A program made the position numbers and the translations under genes. The notes below the pieces were generated by a model that saw only the letters and a program-made list of their open reading frames with translations, had not been told where the DNA came from and did not search any database. A DNA stretch of 59,126 bases from Acidiferrobacterales bacterium (GTDB lineage Bacteria > Pseudomonadota > Gammaproteobacteria > Acidiferrobacterales > JAJDNE01): NCBI GenBank assembly GCA_022340825.1, contig JAJDNE010000072.1, positions 1 through 59,126 on the forward strand, read 5' to 3'. Below are positions 52,229 to 59,126 of this stretch, piece after piece. Each line of letters opens with the position of its first letter. The stretch's first letter is position 1.

Positions 52229-53212
52229 TTACCCGCTTGCCTCCGGGGCTGTCATATGAATCGTCGGACGCGTTTTGCCTAATGTTCGGCAGGGAAGCCC
52301 GGATTCGGGTCGATAGACCAGGGTCCTGATCTGATTGTGGTACCGTCCGTTACGGGTCTGTGTGCTAATCAGAAAATAACTGGACCTGGTATCGATAGCT
52401 GCCTTTCCCAGTTTGTGATCGGCGCCCGCCAGATTCTGGATGTCCATGGCCTTGGTGAGCGGGCGATCGGCCAGCGTTTTACCGAGTTCTTCTGCTGCAG
52501 GTAATGGCATATTGGTGAAAAGCGCGGCCAATACGGGCGGCGGTGCGGTATTGACGTTGATGGCGGTCGCGGCGGGTAGTGCGGTTACCAGCCCGCTGAG
52601 TTTACCGACGATCTCGGGAGTGAACCCACTGATCAGGCGGAGTTCGTCGACATCCGATATGGGTTGATTCGCGGCTCGATAGGGTGTCTTGCTGGCAAGA
52701 TATTCGATGTCTTCTGCGCCACCCGGTCTTGCTTGTGAGTCGGGATCCATCCAGTCTACAAGGGGCTCCACCAGTGATTCGCTAATACCCTGATTACCGA
52801 GAAGGCGGCGAAAGACACCGATATCATCCACGCTGGGCTGGCCATTCTTAAGCAGGTTGTTCAGGTTGAATTTTCCCTGGGCATCCTCGATAGCGACCGA
52901 AACCTGGCCGCTCTCAATCGGTAGTGCGACAACTCGACTCGCCCATACTTCTTTCAGGTCGTCCTTTTTGTTCTCCGCTGCATCGCGCTCCAGGACAATG
53001 GTCGCCATCGCGAGCGCCGACCGATAGGCATTTTCTCCCTGCGCCCGTTCAAGAATATTGCTGGACTGGCGATACCAGACCTGCTGATTCAGGCTCATGA
53101 ACACTGCGATTGACGAGACGACGCTGACAATGAGGATCACTGTCACCAATGCCAGTCCGCTTTCATTATGATAAGCGGATCGGGCGAACCGTATGTGAGA
53201 GGTGTTAGCCAT
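52229..53212 (-). CDS. gspK: T2SS minor pseudopilin K
   Basis: SG|LALVTVIL prepilin site, DAQGKFNLNNL, DWMDPD, GAED..Y, INVNTA. Confidence 0.93.
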   Translation of the reverse strand: MANTSHIRFARSAYHNESGLALVTVILIVSVVSSIAVFMSLNQQVWYRQSSNILERAQGENAYRSALAMATIVLERDAAENKKDDLKEVWASRVVALPIESGQVSVAIEDAQGKFNLNNLLKNGQPSVDDIGVFRRLLGNQGISESLVEPLVDWMDPDSQARPGGAEDIEYLASKTPYRAANQPISDVDELRLISGFTPEIVGKLSGLVTALPAATAINVNTAPPPVLAALFTNMPLPAAEELGKTLADRPLTKAMDIQNLAGADHKLGKAAIDTRSSYFLISTQTRNGRYHNQIRTLVYRPESGLPCRTLGKTRPTIHMTAPEASG

Positions 53213-53825
53213 TGACCAGAAACAGGCGCCTTATCACTTCACGACCATGAGTCTTGATCGTCAGTTCTACACCAACAGGTAATGCCGGACTGTTTTCTTC
53301 TGTTGGCCATGTGGCGTTCCATTGATTACCGGTGTCATAGAAACGTAATTCGAATTGCTCCACGTCTTTAATGAGCGGTACAGATAACGGCTGGTCTACC
53401 GGCGCACGGTCAAGTGATGCCCATACCTCTCGTAGCAGCTCACCCTCGCGCAGGCGATATGCGATGCGTTGGAGACCGGGGGTCTGGCTGGTTGCAAGTG
53501 TCCATTGACCAGTCCGGGTGAATTCCAGTGATGGCGGGCTGAGTTCGCGACTATCGACCGGACGGCCGTAAAATGCAGCAAGTGGAAGGCCGCTTGCATC
53601 GCGCACTTTTCGGGGGCTTGCGAACGCCAGGTCGTCTTCGAGTCTGGTGAGCGCCAGGGTTACCTGCTGCCAGTAGCGCCGTTCGCCCTCAAGATGCTCG
53701 TCCTGATCGATGATGCGAATGAGGGTGCCGTAACTCACAGCAGAGACCACAGCAAAAATGACTATGGCTACCAGCAACTCGAAAAGGGTGAAACCTTGTT
53801 GTTGAAGACGATGCTTTCCAGTCAT
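53205..53825 (-). CDS. gspJ: T2SS minor pseudopilin J
   Basis: QQG|FTLFELLVAI, LEFTRTG, LQRIAYRL, LP.GVEL. Confidence 0.92.
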   Translation of the reverse strand: MTGKHRLQQQGFTLFELLVAIVIFAVVSAVSYGTLIRIIDQDEHLEGERRYWQQVTLALTRLEDDLAFASPRKVRDASGLPLAAFYGRPVDSRELSPPSLEFTRTGQWTLATSQTPGLQRIAYRLREGELLREVWASLDRAPVDQPLSVPLIKDVEQFELRFYDTGNQWNATWPTEENSPALPVGVELTIKTHGREVIRRLFLVNG

Positions 53826-53829
53826 TGTA

Positions 53830-54207
53830 CTACTTGACTCGTGTGGGTATGCGAACGAAATCAACCAGTGACACAGAGGCCTCGTTCCGGTTTTTGTCGC
53901 TGACTTCGATTTCGATTCGTCTCAGCAGCGGTTCGGGAGTGGCGGCGACTTTAAGAATCCAGTGCCATTCCCTGCCTGCCATGCTCTCATTGCCTTCGGT
54001 GGTGTCGATCGAAGGCCAGCGTCGCGCCATTCGGATCTGAGCCAGTTCGTTCTGTGCCACCCAAAGTGCCAGTTGCCGCTCGCGTAATGCCTGCGCTGAA
54101 TCGGTTGACTGAATCGTCGTACGCGAGATGGCGGATAGCGCAATAGCGGCGATGACGAGGGCCACCAGTACTTCGATCAGCGTGAAGCCCCGGTCCCTGA
54201 TAGACAT
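53830..54207 (-). CDS. gspI: T2SS minor pseudopilin I
   Basis: RG|FTLIEVLVAL, A.WVAQN, AGREW.W, RRIEIEV. Confidence 0.93.
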   Translation of the reverse strand: MSIRDRGFTLIEVLVALVIAAIALSAISRTTIQSTDSAQALRERQLALWVAQNELAQIRMARRWPSIDTTEGNESMAGREWHWILKVAATPEPLLRRIEIEVSDKNRNEASVSLVDFVRIPTRVK

Positions 54208-54208
54208 C

Positions 54209-54703
54209 CTAGGCACTCACAGAGGCGGCGGTTACTGTCCCGTCCGCGTGACTTTCGATGCGCCAGCGATATTTTTTCTGGCGAAGGGTTATGGAGACCA
54301 GCGGCATGTCACCCACTGGTGTAAATACCAGTCCTGCGCCTGCTTGTTCCAGCGGTTTATCTTCGACCCGGATCTCGTCGACTGCCATGTCGGTCGGCCA
54401 GTGTCTCGCTCTAAATAGCGAGTCATCACTTATCGTTTCAAGTTGGTTTTTATCATTCAACGCCAGGAAGCGGTAACCATCGCTCTCAAACTGAACCGCG
54501 TAGACCCGGCCTTCTAGCACGGAATGCTGCTGGGTTGTCTGGAGCAGTACGGCGAGTCGATTGGCTTCATCGCGTATCCCTGCCGCGCTGTCGACGATCA
54601 GGCGGGAACCGATGCTGCCGGCCAATATTGCCAGCAGGATCATGACCACCAGCAGTTCCATCAGGGTGAAACCCGCCTGCGTTGATAGGCGGCGACAATT
54701 CAC
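54209..54703 (-). CDS. gspH: T2SS minor pseudopilin H
   Basis: AG|FTLMELLVV, EA.RLA.LL, GYRF, F.P.G. Confidence 0.9.
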   Translation of the reverse strand: MNCRRLSTQAGFTLMELLVVMILLAILAGSIGSRLIVDSAAGIRDEANRLAVLLQTTQQHSVLEGRVYAVQFESDGYRFLALNDKNQLETISDDSLFRARHWPTDMAVDEIRVEDKPLEQAGAGLVFTPVGDMPLVSITLRQKKYRWRIESHADGTVTAASVSA

Positions 54704-55137
54704 TTGGCGCTGGGGTCCCAGTTGCCAATATCGGCATTGCTGTCTTCACCCCCGGACTCACCATCGGCACCGAGGGTAAAAACATCGATCGCGCCATGTA
54801 CACCGGGGTTGAGATACTGATACGGCCGGTCCCAGGGATCTTTTGGCAGCTGTTCGATATAGGGCTGTTTCCAGTTCCTCGGCACCGGATCAGAATCCGG
54901 CTTTGCTAGCAGTGCTTGCAGACCTTGAGCCGTGCTTGGGTAGAAACCATTGTCCAGTTTGTAAAGTTTTAATACGCCGACGAGTGTTTGAATGTCGTGT
55001 TTGGCGGCGACGGTTCGTGCCTGGTCCGTGCGTCCGAGAAAGTTAGGCAGCACCAGTGATGCGAGGATCCCGAGTATGACTACCACTACCAGGATTTCCA
55101 GCAAGGTGAAGCCGCGTTGTTTCAAATTACTGTGCAT
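54700..55137 (-). CDS. gspG: T2SS major pseudopilin G
   Basis: RG|FTLLEILVV, LYKLDNG.YPST.QGL.AL, LPKDPW, GADG..GGE...ADIGNW. Confidence 0.97.
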   Translation of the reverse strand: MHSNLKQRGFTLLEILVVVVILGILASLVLPNFLGRTDQARTVAAKHDIQTLVGVLKLYKLDNGFYPSTAQGLQALLAKPDSDPVPRNWKQPYIEQLPKDPWDRPYQYLNPGVHGAIDVFTLGADGESGGEDSNADIGNWDPSAK

Positions 55138-55153
55138 AAAAGTCGATGCCTCA

Positions 55154-56368
55154 TCAGATTATCAGTCGATTCATTTCGAAAATAGGTAAAAGAATAGCGA
55201 GTACGATCATAAAAATAATTGCACCGGCCACCAGTAGCAGCGTTGGCTCAAGCACGGCGGTCAACGCACGTACACGATTCCTCAGCTCACGTTCCTGAGT
55301 CGCCGAAGCTCGCTCCAGCATCGTGTCTAGCTTCCCGGTTGATTCACCGCTGGCAATCAGGTGAATCACCACCGGTGGGAACAACCCCGATCGATTGAGC
55401 GACTGTGAAAGATTACCGCCTTCGCGTACCGCCTTGTAGGCAGATTCCATTGCCGAGCGCATCGGCAGAATTTCCGGAATGTCGCGCGCCGATTGCAAGG
55501 CGCTCAACAATGGAATGCCGCTACTGGTGAGGATACCCAGTGTGCTGGTAATGCGTGCACTGTTGACACCGCGTATCAAACGGCCAACCAGTGGCAGCCT
55601 GAGCAAAAACTGGTGCCAGCGATAACGAATCTCCTCTTGCCGCAACAGAAGACGAAAGCCGACGACGGTCAGCACTATTACGATCAATGCATAGATGCCG
55701 CCCATCCTGACCAGATCGCTCAGGCCAATCAGGGCCGTCGTCAACCACGGCAATTCCTGCCCGCTATTGAGAAACACCCGGGCTACCTGAGGCACGACAT
55801 AAATCATCAAACCGGTAACAGCAAGAAACGCGACCAGGACAACGAGTGCCGGATAAATAAAAGCCAACAATACTTCTTGCTGAAGACTCTGCCGGCTCTC
55901 GGTGAAATCAGCGAGTCGGTCCAGCACGCCGTCGAGCTGGCCACTCTGCTCTCCCGCGTCGACCATGCTGCGATAAATTGATGGAAAGGCGGAAGGGAAG
56001 GACGACATCGCGGTAGCCAGTGATTGACCTTCGAGTACCTTGCCTCGAACTCCGGCAATCATCGAGCGCGATCGTGCTGATTCTGATTGTTCAATCAGTG
56101 CGTTAAGGCATTCTTCAATCGTAAGACCGGCACTGATAAGGGTGGCGAACTGGCGTGTAAGAATGGCCAATTCATTTTTTGACATGCCGCGCTGCCAGGT
56201 GAAATGCTGGTTCTGTTTCGAGCCACGGTCAACGATGGCGTCGACATGCAATGGTGTAAGACCCTTCTCGCGCAATGCGGCCCGCACCTGGCGTTCTGCA
56301 TCGCCCTCGAGGATGCCTTTGACTGTGCGTCCGTGAGTGTCCAGCGCCTGGTATTCAAATGCGCCCAT
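55154..56368 (-). CDS. gspF: T2SS inner membrane platform protein F
   Basis: F.YQALD..G...KG.LEGD, TRQFATLI.AG, AGEQSGQL, GE.TGKL, EP...LLPIF. Confidence 0.96.
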   Translation of the reverse strand: MGAFEYQALDTHGRTVKGILEGDAERQVRAALREKGLTPLHVDAIVDRGSKQNQHFTWQRGMSKNELAILTRQFATLISAGLTIEECLNALIEQSESARSRSMIAGVRGKVLEGQSLATAMSSFPSAFPSIYRSMVDAGEQSGQLDGVLDRLADFTESRQSLQQEVLLAFIYPALVVLVAFLAVTGLMIYVVPQVARVFLNSGQELPWLTTALIGLSDLVRMGGIYALIVIVLTVVGFRLLLRQEEIRYRWHQFLLRLPLVGRLIRGVNSARITSTLGILTSSGIPLLSALQSARDIPEILPMRSAMESAYKAVREGGNLSQSLNRSGLFPPVVIHLIASGESTGKLDTMLERASATQERELRNRVRALTAVLEPTLLLVAGAIIFMIVLAILLPIFEMNRLII

Positions 56369-56370
56369 GG

Positions 56371-57882
56371 CTATTCACGTGTCACGCGTACCAGCTCCTC
56401 GAGACTGGTGTCGCCTTGTCTTACCCAGCGCAGACCGTCCTGACGCAAGTTACGCATGCCATGCTGGCTGGCGTATTTTCGAATCTCGCCTTCGGCGGAG
56501 CCATCATGAATCATGCCCCTCAAGTGGTCATCAATTTTCAGTAGCTCGTAAATACCGGTGCGATGCAGGTAACCGCTGTTGGCGCACTGATCACAGCCAG
56601 TTGAAGTATAAATAGACATTTCGTTCGCACCGGATTTCGATATTTCCAGCAGCGGTATTTCCGACTCGGTCGGGTGGTGGGGTTTGCGACAGGACGGACA
56701 AATTTTTCGTACCAGTCTTTGTGCCAATACTCCACCCAGACTGGATGCGACAAGAAACGGTTCGACACCCATATCGACCAGTCTCGTGACGGCGCCGACG
56801 GAATCATTGGTATGCAGCGTCGCCAGCACCAGGTGACCGGTGAGGCTGGCTTGTACGGCGATTTGTGCCGTTTCCAGATCGCGAATTTCACCGATCATGA
56901 TGATATCCGGATCCTGGCGCAGCAATGCCCGCAACGCGCTGGCAAAACTGAGATTGATTTTACTGTTTACCTGGGTTTGACCGACGCCATCGAGATCGTA
57001 TTCGATCGGATCTTCGACGGTCATGATGTTGTGCTGCTGGGTATCGAGTTGCGACAACATCGCATAAAGCGTTGTGGTTTTACCGGACCCGGTGGGTCCG
57101 GTAACCAGGATAATGCCGTGAGGCAGATGAATCAGCTCTTTGAGTTCAGCTAGTGTCGAATCTGCCATTCCCAGGTTGCTTAATTGCAGTCTGCCGGCCT
57201 GTTTGTCCAGCAGACGCATGACAACGCGTTCGCCATGTGCTGTTGGTAGTGTCGATACGCGGATGTCTACCGGTCGACCGGCAAGGCGGAGTGAGATGCG
57301 ACCATCCTGAGGCAAGCGTTTTTCAGCAATATCCAGTCGCGCCATTACCTTGATACGCGACACCAGCAGGCTATGCAGTTTTTGCTGTGGTTCCATTACA
57401 TCGCGCAGGACACCATCCAGGCGAAAGCGCACTACCGAGCGAGACTCGAACGGTTCCAGGTGAATGTCGGAAGCATTGTCGCGTACGGCCTGACTCAGCA
57501 GGGCATTGATCAGACGGATAATTGGCGCATCATCTTCGCTTTCCAGCAGGTCTTCGACTTTTGGCAGCGAGTTGGTGACACTGTAGAGATCGATGTCGTC
57601 GCCGAAATCGCCAACCATATCGGCGGCCTGATTGACACCGCGTTCATAGGCCTTGTTAAGAGCCTGGCTGAATGCCTCATCGTCGAGTTCCGTGGCCCGG
57701 ACCGGGAGCCCGAGGCAGCGGTCGATCTCCGCCAGCACCTCGCTGGTTACACTACCGCGTACCCAGGCAGTGAAGTGGTCGTTCTCGCGTGAAGAGAGGA
57801 TCACGCCATGACGTTTGGCAAAATGGTAGGGCAGCTGTTTTACAACTTCCGTATCGAGTGTTGGGGATTCAGCGGCTGACAT
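56371..57882 (-). CDS. gspE: T2SS ATPase E
   Basis: ASDIHLE, EKRLPQDGR, GPTGSGKTTT, EDPIE, LRQDPD..MIGEIRD, CxxC..CxxC. Confidence 0.97.
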   Translation of the reverse strand: MSAAESPTLDTEVVKQLPYHFAKRHGVILSSRENDHFTAWVRGSVTSEVLAEIDRCLGLPVRATELDDEAFSQALNKAYERGVNQAADMVGDFGDDIDLYSVTNSLPKVEDLLESEDDAPIIRLINALLSQAVRDNASDIHLEPFESRSVVRFRLDGVLRDVMEPQQKLHSLLVSRIKVMARLDIAEKRLPQDGRISLRLAGRPVDIRVSTLPTAHGERVVMRLLDKQAGRLQLSNLGMADSTLAELKELIHLPHGIILVTGPTGSGKTTTLYAMLSQLDTQQHNIMTVEDPIEYDLDGVGQTQVNSKINLSFASALRALLRQDPDIIMIGEIRDLETAQIAVQASLTGHLVLATLHTNDSVGAVTRLVDMGVEPFLVASSLGGVLAQRLVRKICPSCRKPHHPTESEIPLLEISKSGANEMSIYTSTGCDQCANSGYLHRTGIYELLKIDDHLRGMIHDGSAEGEIRKYASQHGMRNLRQDGLRWVRQGDTSLEELVRVTRE

Positions 57883-57902
57883 TCCGAGTCGTACCGGTTT
57901 GC

Positions 57903-59126
57903 TTAGGGTTCGGTGGTGGTTACGTCTGGCGATTTCACCAGATCAGCTGTCTCGGACTGCGGTGCCTCGGACTGCGGTGCCTCGGACTGCGGTGCCTCGG
58001 ACTGCGGTGCCTCGGACTGCGGTGCCTCGGACTGCGGTGCCGCTGTCGGGTGCATATGATCTATGATCTTCTGCTGTGCATCCGTCAGCTCCTTCTTTCG
58101 GCCAATTAATGCCTGGTAGCGATCAACGGTAAACGACATCGAATCAGCTTGCGACCGTACAATCGTTGGTCGCAGGAATACCATCAGGTTGGTTTTTACC
58201 TTGGTGTCTGATTTATACCGGAACAGGGCGCCCAGGATGGGAATGCTGCCCAGGCCAGGCACTTTCTGTTTGTTGGTTTGTACCGTGTCCTCAATCAAGC
58301 CGCCAAGCACGACAGTATGTCCGTCGTCGACCACAACTGTCGTTTCAAGTGAACGCTTCTTCGTTACCAAGTCGGTTGCGCCGGAGGTTAATGAGGCCGG
58401 GATAACACTTGAGACCTCCTGATAAATCTCAAGCTTGATCGCACCACCTTCTGATATCTGCGGTTTGATTTTCAATGTCAGACCAACATCCTGACGCTCG
58501 ATGGTTTGAAACGGGTTGACGGTGCTCCCGGTGCCGGTTGCCTGCGCATAGCTGCCACTCAGAAACGGTACGTTTTGCCCGACAATGATTTTTGCCTCGG
58601 CATTGTCCAGCGTTAACAAATTTGGTGTCGACAAAATATTCGCCGAACTCTGGGTCTGTAGCGCATTGGCCAGACCTGCGAGGCTGTTCACGGTGGAGCC
58701 ATCTGGCAATGTTATCGTCGGACCAAGATAGGCGAGCGAGAAGCCGCCCAGCCCAGCCAGGTTTTCGGGGTTCGTGGCAATCTGTCCAATACCGCCACCA
58801 TCCACTTGTGGAAAATTGATCATGCCCGCCGCGGTGCCCGCACCTGCCGCTCCGGCGGCCGCCCACTGGAAGCCGAGTTTCTGCGCGTTGTCACTGGTGA
58901 TTTCCGTGATCAGCGCCTCGACAAAGACCTGGGCGCGGCGAATATCGAGCTTTTCGATTACCGAGCGCAAATTGTTGTAGACGGAATCCGGCGCATTGAT
59001 GATCAGCGCGTTCGTCGCTTCGTCGGCCTGAATCAGGGAATCGGGTACGCCGGTTTTCTTTCCGCCTGCTGGTTTGGCGTCGAGTAGGCCCCGTAACACC
59101 TCGGCCAGCGGTTTGGCTTCGGCATT
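57903..59126 (-). CDS. gspD: T2SS secretin D, C-terminal part (5' end outside window)
   Basis: N3 domain (ADEATNALII), LDIRRAQVFVEALI.E, ILSTP.LLTLDN.EA.I.VGQ.VP, KVPGLG.IP.LG.LFR, NLMVFLRP. Confidence 0.96.
   Translation of the reverse strand, partial: NAEAKPLAEVLRGLLDAKPAGGKKTGVPDSLIQADEATNALIINAPDSVYNNLRSVIEKLDIRRAQVFVEALITEITSDNAQKLGFQWAAAGAAGAGTAAGMINFPQVDGGGIGQIATNPENLAGLGGFSLAYLGPTITLPDGSTVNSLAGLANALQTQSSANILSTPNLLTLDNAEAKIIVGQNVPFLSGSYAQATGTGSTVNPFQTIERQDVGLTLKIKPQISEGGAIKLEIYQEVSSVIPASLTSGATDLVTKKRSLETTVVVDDGHTVVLGGLIEDTVQTNKQKVPGLGSIPILGALFRYKSDTKVKTNLMVFLRPTIVRSQADSMSFTVDRYQALIGRKKELTDAQQKIIDHMHPTAAPQSEAPQSEAPQSEAPQSEAPQSEAPQSETADLVKSPDVTTTEP
57951..58040. repeat. Perfect coding tandem repeat, 6 x 15 bp (CTCGGACTGCGGTGC), encoding (APQSE)6 in GspD
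   Basis: Six identical head-to-tail units counted directly, with no synonymous variation. Confidence 0.97.

Noticed and set aside
57951-58040. Possible CRISPR array
   Set aside because: The units are contiguous 15-mers with no spacers, lie in frame within gspD, and no cas genes are present.
57789-58109. Plus-strand ORF with (CLGLR)n Cys-rich repeats, a possible RiPP precursor or metallothionein
   Set aside because: It is the antisense reading of the gspD VNTR, overlaps gspE and gspD, and has no modifying enzymes nearby.

Overview
This is a core-genome segment of a Gammaproteobacterium, probably a sulfur oxidiser judging by its accessory genes. Conserved blocks in order are: ispG(partial)-hisS-yfgM-bamB-der; xseA and divergent guaB-guaA-tadA; mltF; tRNA-Ser(CGA), tRNA-Ser(GGA) and SRP RNA; dnaX-ybaB-recR; orn; queG and nnr-tsaE-amidase; glnD-map; the rpsB-tsf-pyrH-frr-uppS-cdsA-dxr-rseP-bamA-skp-lpxD-fabZ-lpxA-lpxB-rnhB superoperon; and a convergent type II secretion operon gspD(partial)EFGHIJKLMN. 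I saw no integrase, transposase, prophage, CRISPR array or defence system. The unusual content is in small insertions and regulatory architecture. (1) A tandem-cNMP/rhodanese fusion lies between two tRNA-Ser genes. (2) The mltF reading frame runs open through the antisense of a tRNA and lacks an obvious start. (3) guaB appears to be leaderless. (4) There is an orphan SoxXA-binding-like lipoprotein. (5) An encapsulin-type ferritin has no shell gene or targeting peptide. (6) A putative His/Cys-ligated cytochrome c is coupled to an M48 protease. (7) A membrane Ser/Thr kinase has no sensor domain. (8) BamA has a non-aromatic C-terminus. (9) A perfect 6x15-bp repeat lies in the secretin tail. All calls come from reading motifs by eye, and no searches were run. 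I cannot show that any of these is a previously undescribed system, so they are ranked leads.
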